From the NCBI GenBank assembly GCA_036785375.1, contig JAWMAR010001015.1:248001-312000 (forward strand): DNA of 64,000 nt, read 5' to 3'. A program made the translations under genes and the position numbers. Source of the stretch: Leucoraja ocellata. Taxonomy: Eukaryota. Every line of letters starts with the position of its first letter. The stretch's first letter is position 1. Below are positions 37,723 to 51,661 of this stretch, piece by piece. The notes under the pieces are model-generated. The model did no database searches. It worked only from the letters and a program-made list of their open reading frames with translations, and was not told the origin of the DNA.

Positions 37723-40700
37723 TATAACCATATAACCATATAACCATATAACCATATAACAATTACAGCACGGAAACAGGCCATCTCGACCCTTCTAGTC
37801 CGTGCCGAACACATAATCTCCCCTAGTCCCATATACCTGCGCTCAGACCATAACCCTCCATTCTCTTCCCATCCATATAACTATCCAATTTATTTTTAAA
37901 TGATAAAAACGAGCCTGCCTCCACCACCTTCACTGGAAGCTCATTCCACACAGCTACCACTCTCTGAGTAAAGAAGTTCCCCCTCACGTTACCCCTAAAC
38001 TTCAGTCCCTTAATTCTCAAGTCATGTCCCCTTGTTTGAATCTTCCCTACTCTCAGTGGGAAAAGCTTTTCCACGTCAACTCTGTCTATCCCTCTCATCA
38101 TTTAAAAAAACCTCTATCAAGTCCCCCCTTAACCTTCTGTGCTCCAAAGAATAAAACCCTAACTTGTTCAACCTTTCTCTGTAACTTAGTTGCTGAAACC
38201 CAGGCAACATTCTAGTAAATCTCCTCAGTACTCTCTCTTTTGTTGACATCCTTCCTATAATTAGGCGACCAAAATTGTACACCATATGCCAGAATTGGCC
38301 TCACCAATGCCTTGTACAATTTTAACATTACATCCCAACTTCTATACTCAATGCTCTGATTTATAAAGGCCAGCACACCAAAAGCTTTCTTTACCACACT
38401 ATCTACATGAGATTCCACTTTCAGGGAACTGTGCACAGTTATTCCCAGATCCCTCTGTTCACCTACATTCTTCAATTCCCTACCATTTACCATGTACGTC
38501 CTATTTTGATTTGTCCTGCCAAGATGTAGCACCTCACACTTATCAGCATTAAACTCCATCTGCCATCTTTCAGCCCACTCTTCCAACTGGCATAAATCTC
38601 TCTGTAGACTTTGAAACTCTACTTCATTACCCGCAACCCCACCTATCTTAGTATCATCTGCATACTTCCTAATCCAATTTACCACACCATCATCCAGATC
38701 ATTGATATACATGACAAACAACAGTGGACACAACACAGATCCCTGTGACACCCCACTCGTCACTGGCCTCCAACCTGACAAACAACCATCCACCATTACT
38801 CTCTGGCGTCTCATATTCAGCCACTGTTGAATCCATCTTGCTACTCCACCATTAATACCCAACCATTGAACCTTCTTAACCAACCTTCCATGAGGAACCT
38901 TGTCAAAGGCCTTACTGAAGTCCATATACACAACATCCACTGCTTTACCCTCATCAATTTCCCGAGTAACATCTTCAAAACATTCAAGAAGATTAGTTAA
39001 ACATGACCTTCCAGGCACAAATCCATGTTGACTGTTCCTAATCAGACCCTGTTTATCCAGATGCTTATATATATTATCTCTAAGTATTCTTTCCATTAAT
39101 TTTCCCACCACTGACGTCAAACTAACAGGTCTATAATTGCTAGGTTTACTCTTAGACCCCTTTTTAAACAATGGAACAACATGCGCAGTACGCCAATCCT
39201 CCGGCACTATTCCCGTTTCTAATGACATTTGAAATATTTCTGCCATAGCCCCTGCTATTTCTACACTAACTTTCCTCAATGTCCTAGGGAATATCCTGTC
39301 CAGACCTGGAGACTTATCCACTTTTATATTTCTCAAAAGTGTCAGTACTTCTTTTACTTTGAACCTCATAGTTTCCATAGCTACTCTACTTGTTTCCCTT
39401 ACCTCACATAATTCAATATCCTTCTCCTTGGTGAATACCGAAGAAAAGAAACTGTTCAATATCTCCCCCATCTCTTTTGACTCTGCAGATAGATGTCCAC
39501 TCTGACTCTCTAATGGACCAATTTTATCCCTCGTTATCCTTTTGCCATTAATATAGCGGTAGAAACCCTTCGGATTTACTTTTACCTTACTTGCCAAAGC
39601 AACCTCATATCTTCTTTTAGCTTTTCTAATTTCTTTCTTAAGATTCTTTTTACATTCTTTATACTCCTCCAGCACCTCATTTACTCCATGCTGAATATAA
39701 TTATTGTAGATCTCCCTCTTTTTCTGAACCAAGTGTCCAATTTCCCTTGAAAACCATGGCTCTTTACAATTTTTACGATTTCCTTTCAACCGAACAGGGA
39801 CATAAAGATTCTGTACTCTTAAAATTTCACCTTTAAATGTACTCCATTTCTCTTCCACATCTTTCCCATAAAACAAACTGTCCCAATTTACTCCTTTTAA
39901 ATCCTTTCGCATCTCCTCAAAGTTAGCCTTTCTCCAATCAAAAATCTCAACCCTAGGTCCAGTTTTGTCCCTCTCCATAATTATATTGAAACTAATGGTA
40001 TTGTGATCACTGGACCCGAACTGTTCCCCAACGCATACCTCTGCCACCTGAGCCATCTCATTTCCTAACAGGAGGTCCAGTACCGCCTTTCTCTAATAGG
40101 TACTTCTATGTATTGTTGCAAAAAACTATCCTGCACACATTTTACAAACTCCAACCCATCCAGCCCATTTACAAAATGTGTTTCTACATATACAAATATA
40201 GAGGGGTACTCGACAATTAGGAAAGATAGACAGGAAAGAAAGGGAGGAGGGGTGGCCCTTTTAATAAGGGAGGGAATAACGGCAATAGAGAGGAAAGATA
40301 TTGCGTTGAAGGATCAGGATAGTGAAACAGCTTGGGTACAGATAGAGAATAATAAGGGGAAAAAAACACTAGTGGGTGTAATTTATAGACCTCCAAATAG
40401 CTGTGACGCTGTTAGTCAGAACATAAATCTGCAAATAGTTGACGCATGTAAAAAGGGAACTGCTGTAATCATGGGGGACTTAAATTTTCATATTAATTGG
40501 GCAAACCAAACTGGGCAGGGTAGACTAGAGGAAGAGTTTATAGAATGTATTAGAGACGGGTTCCTAGAACAGTATGTCACAGAACCGACAAGGAGGGAGG
40601 CAATCTTGGATCTGGTCCTGTGTAATGAAGCAGGATTAATTAAAAATGTCATAGTTAGGGACTCGTTGGGAACAAGTGACCACAATATGGTCGAATTCCA

Positions 40701-43700
40701 TATTCAAATAGAAGGGGAGCAGGTTGAAACTCAGGCTAGGGTGCTTAGTCTAAATAAGGGGGATTATGAAGGTATGAGGACTGAGCTGATCAAAGTTGAC
40801 TGGGATAGCAGACTCAAGAATAAGACGGTACATGAGCAGTGGTGTACGTTTAAGGGTATACTGTATAACCTTCAAGAAAAATTTATTCCTATGAAGAAAA
40901 AAAGGGGTAAGGGTAAGAACAGTCAGCCATGGCTCAGTAAAACTATAAAGGATAGTATTCGGCTGAAGGCAAGGGCATATAAGGTAGCCAGAGATAGTGG
41001 GAGGGTAGAGGATTGAGAAGCATTTAAAGGTCAGCAAAAAATAACTAAGAGATTAATTAAGACGGGGAAAATAGACTATGAAAGGAATTTAGCGAACAAC
41101 ATAAAAACTAATAGTAAGAGTTTTTATAGCTATATAAAAAGAAAAAGGGTGGCTAAGGTGAACGTTGGTCCATTGGAGGGTGAGACTGGAGAGTTGTTGG
41201 TGAGGAACATGGAAATGGCAAAGGCATTAAACGAGTATTTTGTATCAGTCTTCACCATAGAAGACACAAAATATATTCCAACGCTGGATAAACAGGGGGC
41301 GGTAGGAATGGAGGAGCTAAATACTATTAAGATCACCAAGGAGGTGGTATTAGGGAAATTAATGAGACTGAAGGAGGATAAATCCCCTGGGCCTGATGGA
41401 TTACATCCAAGGGTCTTGAGGGAGATAGCGGTGGGGATTGTGGATGCATTGGTGATAATTTTCCAAAACTCCCTGGAGGCAGGAACGGTCCCAGTGGATT
41501 GGAAAATGGCCAATGTAACACCTATATTTAAAAAAGGAAGTAAACAGAAGGCGGGTAACTATAGACCGGTTAGTCTAACATCGGTGGTGGGTAAAATGTT
41601 AGAGACAATTATTAAAGAAACACTAACGGGGCACTTGGATAAACATGACTTCATCGGCCAGAACCAGCATGGTTTTGTGAAGGGGAAGTCCTGTTTAACG
41701 AATCTGCTCGAATTCTTTGAGGAAGTAACAACCCGGGTGGATAAAGGGGAACCGGTGGATGTGGTATACTTGGACTTCCAAAAGGCTTTTGACAAGGTGC
41801 CACATAAGAGACTATTGCTAAAAATAAAAAATTATGGGATTGGGGGTAATATATTAGCATGGGTAGAGGATTGGCTAACAAATAGGAAGCAGAGAGTGGG
41901 GATAAATGGTTCATACTCGGGATGGCAACCGGTAACTAGCGGGGTTCCGCAAGGGTCGGTGCTGGGACCCCAGTTGTTCACAATTTATATAAATGATTTG
42001 GAGGAGGGAACCAAGTGTAATATATCAAAATTTGCGGACGATACAAAAATGGGAGGAAAAGTAGGGGATGAGGAGGATAGGAAGAGTCTGCAAAAGGATA
42101 TAGATAAGCTAGGTGAGTGGGCAACAACTTGGCAGATGAAATTTAATACTAATAAATGTGAAGTCATTCACTTTGGGAAAAAAAAATGATAGGGCAAGTT
42201 ATTTTCTAAATGAGGAGGAGCTGCGTTGTAATGCAACGCAAAGGGATCTAGGGGTATTAGTACATGAATCACTGAAAGTTAGTATGCAGGTGCAGCAAGC
42301 AATCAGGAAGGCCAATGGAGTTTTGGCCTTTATTGCTAGGGGGATTGAGTATAAAAACACGGAGGTCTTGCTGCAGCTGTACACAGTATTAGTGAGACCA
42401 CATTTGGAATACTGTGTACAGTTCTGGGGTCCATACTTAAGAAAGGATGTACTAGCCCTGGAGGCAGTATAGCGAAGGTTTACAAGATTAATTCCTGCAA
42501 TGAGGGGATTGACATATGAGGAAAGGTTAAGTAGGCTGGAACTCTACTCTTTGGAGTTTAGAAGAATGAGAGGCGATCTCATTGAAACATATAAGATCGT
42601 GAGGGGCCTTGATCGGGTGGATGCACCGAGGATGTTCCCAATGATCGGGGAAACTAGAACTAGGGGACATAGTTGCAGAATAAGGGGGGCTCTTTTAAAA
42701 CTGAGATGAGGAAGAACTTCTTCACCCAGAGGGTGGTTAATTTATGGAATTCACTGCCCCAGGGAGCAGTGGAAGCAGAAACTTTAAATATATTTAAGAC
42801 TAAAATAGATGGTTTTTTAGCTGCCAAGGGGATAAGGGGCTACGGGGAGAGGGCAGGGATATGGACCTAGGTATGGTTAGTATAGTAAGACCTGAGTGAT
42901 CTCCTGGACAAGTGTCGATCGCCTAGATTGGGGTCGGAGAGGAATTTCCCGGATTTTTTTCCCGAATTGGACCTGGGTTTTTATCCGTTTTTTTGCCTCC
43001 CCCAGGAGATCACGAGGTTCTTGGGGTGGAGAGGGGTGATAGCGGTATAAAGGGGAGGGTAGTATCTTGTGTTCTGTGTCTTGTGTCTACTGTTTGTGGG
43101 TAAGTGTGTCTGTTTAGTGTTCAGCCATGAGCGAATGGCGGTGCGGGCTCGATGGACCTGGTGGTCTGCTCTCGCACCTACTTTCTATGTTTCTATGTTT
43201 CTATGTTTCCCAGTCTATGTGTGGAAAATTGAAATCTCCCACAATCACTGCCTTGTGCTTACTACTAATATCTGCAATCTCCTTACATATTTGCTCTTCC
43301 AATTCTCGCTCCCCATTTGGCGGTCTATAATACTCCCCTATAAGTGTTGCTACCCCTTTCCCATTTCTCAGTTCCACCCAAATAGCCTCCCTAGACGAGC
43401 CCTCTAATCTATCCTGCCAAAGCACTGCTGTAATATCTTCCCTGATAAGCAATGCAACACCTCCACCTCTTGCCCCTCCAATTCTATCACACCTGAAGCA
43501 ACGAAATCCTGGAATATTTAGTTTCCAATCACAGCCCTCCTGCAACCATGTTTCACTGATCGCCACAACATCATACTTCCAGGTGTCAATCCAGGCTCTA
43601 AGTTCATCCACTTTTCTTACAATGCTCCTAGCATTAAAATATACACATTTAAGAAACCCACCCTCTCTTATTCTCTGATTATTTTCTTTTTCTTCTCTCT

Positions 43701-45000
43701 CCCCTACATTTTGGGTCAGAGTGCTACCATTCTCTGCCCCCTGCTTCTCACACTGACTGCTAGCTTTCCCAATTTGAGTCCCTCCCCCCAACCATACTAG
43801 TTTAAAGTCTCCCCAGTAGCCTTTGCAAATCTCCCCGCCAGGATATTGGTCCCCCTTGAGTTCAAGTGCAACCCGTCCTTTCTGTACAGGTCACACCTTC
43901 CCCTAAAGAGGTCCCAATGATCCAGAAACTCGAATCCATACCCACTGCACCAGTCCCTCATCCACGCATTTATCCTCCACCTCGCTCCATTCCTACTCTC
44001 ACTGTCGCATGGCACAGGCAGTAATCCTGAGATTGTTACCTTTCTAGTCCTTCTCCTTAACTCTCTACCTAACTCCCTAAATTCTTCTTTCAGGACCTCT
44101 TCTCTTTTTTTCCCTATGTCGTTGGTACCTATATGCACCCCAACTCAGGCTCCTCTCCCTCCCATTTCAGGATTTCTTGGACACGTTCAGACACATCCCT
44201 GACCCTGGCACCAGGGAGGCAAACTACCATCCGGGACTCCTGTCTGCATCCACAGAATCGCCTATGCGACCCCCTGACTATAGAGTCCCCTATTACAATT
44301 GCCCTCCCCTTCTTTTCCTTACCCTTCTGAGCAACAGGACCGGTCTTTGTGCCAGAGGCCCGGCCGCTGTTGCTGCCCCCAGGTAGGCTGTCTCCCCCAC
44401 CCTTACTCAAGCATGAGTACTTATTTTCAAGGTGTACAGCCACCGGGGTACTCACCAGTCCCTGCCTCTGCCCGTTGCCCTTCCTAACTGAGACCCAGTT
44501 TTCTGTGTCCCGTGGTCTTGGAGTGACCACCTCCCTGTAACTCCTTTCTATGACCTCCTCGCTCTCCCTGAGCAGACAGAGGTCATCGAGTTGCTGTTCC
44601 AGGTTCCTGACACGGTCCCTTAGGAGCCCCATCTCGTCGCACCTTGCGCAGATGTGGAAGTCTGGAGGGCACTCCGACTACATGACCTCCCACATCTGAC
44701 ATCCAGAACAGTAAACTATCCTGGCCTTCATTCTCCCCCTTATCCAAATACAATAAAGCCATACCGGGATACAAGCCAATCAGCTGCTTCCTCTGGTCCT
44801 CTTCCACCAATCAGAGACTTCCACCAGAATCAGAATCCTTCTCTGGAAGTGAGATGGAACGTTGCAGATTTGGGTAACTCACAGCTCCAGGTAAGTCCTC
44901 CTCTCGCCAACGGCTCCCCGGGCCTCTGTAGAAGCAAACCCCGCGCTGTTTTTATACTCACAGCTCCAGGTAACTCCTCCTCTCACCAACGGCTCCCCGG
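37723..45000 (-). mobile_element. Full-length CR1 LINE nested in L1 ORF2
   Basis: The 5' UTR has a 45-nt direct repeat (~44877 and ~44956). ORF1 has a Cys finger plus SGNH esterase (GDSIVR, HIGTND, DGLH) at ~43797-44730. ORF2 endonuclease is at 43204-43791 and RT at 38212-40056, followed by an (ATATGGTT)n tail. Confidence 0.93.
40185..43203 (+). mobile_element. CR1 LINE of a second family, 5'-truncated, nested in the full-length CR1
   Basis: Endonuclease and RT motifs in ORFs 40108-41016, 41149-42189 and 42158-42870, a (ctatgttt)n tail, and TSD tgtttc. Confidence 0.92.
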
Positions 45001-46423
45001 AATTTGAATAACAAAAATTATAATAAAAATCCAATGATACATAGTACAATTAGAACTTGGAAACAAATAAAACAGAACTTAAAATTAAGAAATCTATCAC
45101 TGCTAATGCCAATAGCCAATAACCCTTCGTTTAAACCCTCAATTATAGATAAATCATTTACCCAATGGGAAAGAACGGGAATCAAAACGCTCGGAGACGT
45201 ATGAATTAGGGAAATTATTACCATTTCAACAATTACAACTGAAATATAACTTGAAAAATAATCAATATTTTAAATATCTTCAAATCCGTGATTATCTGAA
45301 AATATATACAAAAGACTATTATAATATGCCCCCAGACTTATTAGATGAAGCCATGAAGATAAAGGCTGAATCAGCAAATCTAATATCGTACTTATATAAT
45401 ATTATATTGAATATAGAAATACCTACAACAGATAATATTAGAAGAGACTGGGAACAAGAACTAGCTATAAAAATTTCAAAAGAGAGCTGGGATAAACACT
45501 TATTATATGTGCATAAATGCTCGATCAACGTACGACATACTCTAATCCAATATAAAACATTACATAGACTATATTATTCAAAAACTAAAATAAATAAACT
45601 TTTCCCCAATGTCTCACCCATTTGTGATAAATGTCAGTTACAAGAAGCTAACATAGCGCACTCTTTTGTTTTATGTATAAAAATTCTTGAACAAAATATT
45701 TGAAATCTTTACAAAATTATTTAAAACAAAACTACTACCCAAAGTAGAATGGATCATTTTTGGAATATCGGAAGGTAACCCAGAATTAAATATGTTTCAA
45801 AAGAACTTACTTAATTATGGGCTAACAATGGGAAAAAAGCTTATACTAAAATTTTGGAAAAATGCTCCAATACCAACAACAAAAATGTGGATTTCAAACA
45901 TGTTCGAAACACTACACTTGGAAGAGATGAGACTCCTCCTAGCAGGCAAAGCAGATCACTTCCAAAAGACGTGTTCTGCATTTATGGAACTATTACAAGC
46001 ATAAGCTGCAATAATAAGTTAAAACATAAAGGCTACCAGGACCTGGTAACGGGGGGGTATAAAATAATTTTTTAATAAAAACACGGTTGGTATATCCTTT
46101 TTTGCGGAGTTTTTTGTTACAATAGAGCGATTGATTTTCCTTTCTTCTTTTTTTTCTTTTCTTTCTAGGGTCTTATTTATTTTCTTTACTTCCTTCTTTA
46201 ATTCCTTACCTAATGGGTTCCTTTCTCCCAACACTTTCCTGCACCTTCACGATTCTTGCTTACTTTCCTTACTTCTTTTGTTTCTATCTTTTTTAAAACT
46301 CAAAAAATGAAGTGGTACAACATAATGTAATAAGATATATCTGATGTGTATTATTGTAATTTACTGTACTGCTAATAAAAATAAAATAAAAATAAATAAA
46401 TAAATAAATAAACTTTATTCGAC

Positions 46424-49262
46424 ACAGTCATCACAGGCATATGATACAACAGATCAAAACATAATCAGAAATTACACTATATCAAATAATCATTATAGTA
46501 CAAATGTGCATTCATTGTTTACAATACTCTCAACCCCACGCGGTGACCAGCGCCCACGGAATACCTCCAGAGTACCCGTGGACACCGCGTGTTCCCTCTC
46601 CAGGGACACACGTGCACGGACATAAGCCCAAAAGAGGGGCAGGCATCCGACTCTAGCCTGACCCTCGACCGCCCGCTGCCAATGGCCATCTTGGCCAGGC
46701 CCAGGAACAAACCGACAGGGAAGTCCCACCCCCCCCACTTGGCTCTCCCCACACCCTGCCTTGTGTCCAAACACAAGAATCGTAGGACTAAAATGTAACC
46801 AGTGCTTGAGGAACAACCCTTTCATATATATAATAATAGGAACAAACTCTCTTCCTGGCTGCAGAAAATACAGGTGGTAGACGAGCCCATGAACCGACTC
46901 TAAAGTTTATTACACGCCACCGCTCTATGCAGCACTCTCCACCCCAGGTCCCCAATGTAAAGGGGGACAACTCCCTTATAGATGGACCCCCACTGGCGAC
47001 CTTTCCCACCTTTGGGTGGGAACACAGACTGCCATGGTGTGTCAGGGCGGGAGATGAAGGCAAGGAGGTGCAGAAAGTACAGGAACATTCTGTACAGTGA
47101 GCGTCTCTTCGCATCATGAAACGGCACGCTGGTCATCTCAGAGAGGCGGCTCAGGTTGTGTGGAGCCGGTTCCCGAGAAATATCCCAGAGTCGAGGCCCG
47201 ATGAGCAGATCTGATGATGCGGGTGAAAGCTCATTCAGAACCACTCTAGGCACGCGCCTCTCCTCAACACTCGCCATGACAGAGTGAGGACCGGCCACTC
47301 CCGCAGCCGCAACATCCCCTTCCCCTCGTGGAGTGACACGCTGGCTGAAAACAGCCAAATTCCTCACTCTTAGCACATCCCAGTAGAAAACAGGCAAGCC
47401 CCTTAGGGCGGGTCGACTGATGCCCGCCACCGGGAGCCGTGAGACCCCCTTAGGCAACGACCCCGACGGAAACAATACGTGGCCAAAGCGTGCCATCTGG
47501 GGGGGTTCTCTACATACATATACCTCCGCAGAGTCCTGAGATGGAGAGCCGCCACCTGGGTACGCACGCACACCAAGGACTGGCCGCCCTCATCTAACGG
47601 GAGACTCAGAACCGCTGCGGAAACCCAGTGCTTCCTATTTCGCCAAAATAAATCCACCAGTTTCTTCTGTAAAGTAGTTACAAATATGGAAGGCGGGACA
47701 AGAGTAGCCAGCCGGTACCATAACATGGAGGCCACCAGCTGGTTTATGACCAACACCCTCCCCTGAAAGAATAGAACTCCAAGCAGGCCTGACCAGCGCC
47801 CCAGCCTGGCAACCACTTTCGTCTCCAACTCCTGCCAATTTGCCGGACAAGCATCCTCAGTGGGACTCAGGTACACTCCCAGATAGAGGAGGTGCGTGGT
47901 GCTCCACGCAAACATTGCCATCTCCTCTGGCAGGGAGTCCACCTGCCACTGACCCACTAAAAGTCCAGAGCACTTGCTCCAATTAATCCTGGCAGAAATG
48001 CAGCCGAGAAAATCTTCTGGCAATCACGCATCCTCCGCAGGTCACCAGGATCGGTGAACATAAGGAGTACATCATCGGCATACGCCGAAAGAACCACCTC
48101 CACCCCCGGGCCCGGTAGGGCCAGACCTGTCAACCTCCTCCGAAGAAGACACAGGAATGGCTCCACACAGACCGATTACAACTGACCCAACATGGGGCAC
48201 CCCTGACGGACCCCCCTCCCAAAATGAAAGGGAGCCAACAACACACCATTCACCTTCACAAGGCACTCCACTGCAGCATACAAAAGCCAGACCCCGGGCC
48301 ACAAAATGCGGTCCAAATGCAAACGCTTGCAACATCCCGAAGAGGTATTCATGCTCTACCATATCAAAAGCTTTCTCCTGATCAAGAGACAGAAAAGCAG
48401 CTGACTGACCAGTACCCTGGGCTAGATGAATCAGGTCCCTAACCAGGTGGATGTTATCCTGAATGGACTGACCTGGGACTGTGTAGGACTGGTCAGGGTG
48501 AATCAGTTGAGACAGCACGGAGCCCATGCAATTCGCCATCGCCCGTGCAAAAACTTTGTACTCTGTACATAGGAGAGAGACCGGGCGCCAGTACTTCACC
48601 AAGCGGAGTTCCCCCTTCTTGGGCAGCAAGACAACAACTGCTCTACGCCACGAGAGGGGCATCTCCCCGGACACCAGGCTCTCCCCCAGAACCAACATGT
48701 AGTCACCCGCATGATATCCCAGAAAGTTATAACATACTTTACCGTCAACCCATCCAGCCCGGGGGACTTACCCCTCCTGAGCTGATGCAATGCACGAGTC
48801 AACTCCTCCAAAGATAAGGAGCCATCAAGAAGATCGGCCACCTCCCTTTCTACAGTTGGTAGACCCTCCCACAGGTCCTGCTGAGCCTCCCCGCTGAATC
48901 CACCTGCGGAGAACAGGGACCCGTAAAAGGACCTGACCAGGGCACTAATCCTCTCCGGATCAGTGACAGAGGAGCCATCGTCTGCGAGAATCTCTACGAC
49001 CTGTTTGCGGGCTCCCCGCCCTTTCTCCAGAGAGAAAAAGAAAGGTGAAGCTCAGTTCAGATCGTGCAGCATCTGGACCCGCAACCTCACGTAAACGCCT
49101 CGGGACCGCTCAAGTTGCAGGTTCCTCAAGGCTTCCTTCTTCTCCTGAATTCCGCATTCACAGGAGTCATCACTAAACCGACCCAGGCGAGACTCTGCGT
49201 CCAGTAGCTCCCTCTCAAGCCTCTCGACCGCAGAGTCCTGCCGTCCGGTCGACCCCCACGTG
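46424..49262 (-). mobile_element. Tx1-clade LINE fragment, copy B (extreme 3' end at ~25980-26010)
   Basis: KSPGLDGL, LLPKKGELRLVKYWRPVSLLCTEYK, LSLDQEKAFD and AYADDV, with multiple frameshifts. Confidence 0.85.
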
Positions 49263-49281
49263 TATTCCTTATGTGTATTCC

Positions 49282-50005
49282 TTACCTGAAATTGGAGAGT
49301 TCAATGTTCATACCGCTATTTCAGGTAGTCCTTGCTTTCTCACTCTTTCCCCTCCCCTTCCCAGCTCTCCCACAGCCCACAACCCACTGTCCCCGTCTCT
49401 TCCTTTCTTCTCCCCCCCCCCCCCACACATCAGTCTGAGGAAGGGTCTCGACCTGAAACATCACCTATTCCTTCGCTCCGTAGATGCTGCCTCACCCACT
49501 GAGTTTCTCCAGCATTTTGTCTACCATTCGTGTCTAAACCCATGACTATAAGCTTCAGGGAAGAGCATCTGCTGACTTTACCTGGTCTTGTTATGTGACT
49601 CCAGGCCCCCAGTTATGTAGCCGACCCGTATCAGCTCTGAAATGGCCCTGGGAAACATCCAGTTCAAAGGCGGTTGTGGACGGGAAATAAATGTTAGTTC
49701 ACTTCACTTGCACCTCCTCCAACCTCATCTACTGTATCCACTGTTCAAGATGTGGACTCTTACACATCTGCGAGACCAAACGTAGACTGGGCGATCGTTT
49801 CGCTGAACACCTTCGCTCAGTCCCCCTGGACCAACCTGATCTCCCGGTTGCCAAACACTTTAATTCCCCATCCCATTCCCACACTGACCTGTCTGTCCTG
49901 GACCTCCTCCACTGTCAGAGTGAGATGAAACACAAATTGGAGGAACAGCATCTCATATTTCACTTGGACAGCTTACAACCCAGCACAAGGAATATTGATT
50001 TCATG
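49282..50005 (+). mobile_element. Penelope-like fragments, paralog in copy B
   Basis: Near-identical to 14485-15200. Confidence 0.8.
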
Positions 50006-51650
50006 AATTGTTTCCATGTCCCAGCTACACTAGTCCCACCTGCCTGTGTTTGGCCCACATCCTTCCAACCCTGTCCTATCCATGTACCTGTCCAACTGTT
50101 TCTTAAATATTCAGATAGTCCCAGCCTCAACTACCTCCTCCGGCAGTTCATTCCATACACCCACCACCCTGTTTGGAAAAGTTTACCTCTCAGATTCCTA
50201 TTCAATCTTTTCCCCTACACCTTGAACCTATGTCTTCTGGTCCTCGATTCCCTTACTCTGGGCAAAAGACTCTATGCATCTACCCAATCTATTCCTCTCA
50301 TGATTTTGTACACCTCTATAAGGTCACCATTCAACCTCCTGCGCTCCAAGGATTAGAGTCCCAGCCTACGTAACCTCTCCCTATAGCCGACCCTGATATC
50401 TTGGCAACATCCTCATAAATCTTCTCTGTACCCTTTCCAGCTTGTTGACATCTTCCCAATAACATTGTGCCCAGAACTGAACACAATACTCTAAATGTGG
50501 TCCCATCAATGACATATAATAGACAATAAACAATAGGTGTAGGAATAGGCCATTCGGCCCTTCGAGTCAGCACCGCCATTCAATGCGATCATGGCTGATC
50601 ATCCACAATCAGTAGCCCGTTCCTGCCTCCTCCCCATATCCCCTGACTCCGCCATCTTTAAGAGCTCTCTCTTAAAAATATCTAGAGAACCTGCCTCCAC
50701 CCCCCTCTGAGGCAGAGAATTCGAACATGACCTCTCAACTTCTATACTCAATACACTGACTGATGAATCCAATGTGTCAAAAGTATTTTTGACCACCCGA
50801 ACTATCTGCGACTACACCTTCAAGGAACCATGCACCTGTAATCCTAGATCCCTCTGCTCTACAACACTCCCCGGAGGCCTACCATTGTCTGGTCATGCCC
50901 CAATGTCTTTTCCCCGAGGTGTGTTCCTCCAATACCCGGCCCCATGGGCTTTCCTGCAATGTTTGGCCCTCTGACCTATGCCATTTGGATCAGGTGCTGG
51001 AGTTGACTCTTCAGTATCAGTTGTATTCTTTTCGGAACCTGTTCATGTACTCCTCTCCTGATGCGTTTTAGCCCAGTATCTGGTGTATTTGGTGCACTCA
51101 TAGAGTCATAGATTAATATAGTGCGGAAACAGGCCCTTCGGCCCAACATGCCCACACCGGCCAACAATGTCCCAACTACCCTAGTTCCACTTGCCTGCAC
51201 TTGGTCCATATCCCTCCAAACCTGCCCTACCCATGTACCTGTCCAACTGTTTCTTAAACCATGGACTACCTCCTCTAGCAGTTTGTTCCATACACCCACC
51301 AACCTCTGTGTGAAAATGTTACCCCTTGATTCCTTTTAAATCTTTTCCCCTTCACCTTGAACCCATGTCCACTGGTCCTCGATTCCCCTACTCTGGGTAA
51401 AAGACTCTGTACACCCACCCGATCTATTCCTCTTATGATTTTGTACATCTCTATAAGATCACCCCTCATCCTTGTACGCTCCATAGAATAAAGACCCACC
51501 CTGCTCAACCTCTTCCTGTAGCTCACACCCTCAAGTCCTGGCAACATCCTGGCAACATCCTCGTAAAAGTCCTGGCAACATCCTCAGCTGAAGTCCCTAA
51601 AGTGATGAGTAAAATGATGATCAACTCCAAACATTTCATGTTTTTGTTAT

Positions 51651-51661
51651 TTTATTTTATT
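51651..51661 (-). promoter_or_regulatory. Candidate poly(A) signal of the membrane-form mRNA, proximal copy
   Basis: Overlapping AATAAAATAAA on the minus strand ~680 nt after the TM2 stop, at the edge of non-repeat sequence. Confidence 0.5.

Larger units (their letters stand above)
26011..46409 (+). mobile_element. Full-length L1 LINE (~6.3 kb of its own sequence) split by four nested insertions, private to copy B
   Basis: 14-bp TSD aaactttattcgac (25997-26010, 46410-46423) and a CpG-rich 5' UTR starting gacttccgg. ORF1 spans ~26324-27706. ORF2 pieces lie at 30124-32453, 37405-37722 and 45001-46004, followed by an (AATA)n tail. Confidence 0.95.

Noticed and set aside
38212-42870. Long RT ORFs as active autonomous elements or host genes
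   Set aside because: Each element is interrupted by stops, frameshifts, truncation or nested insertions.
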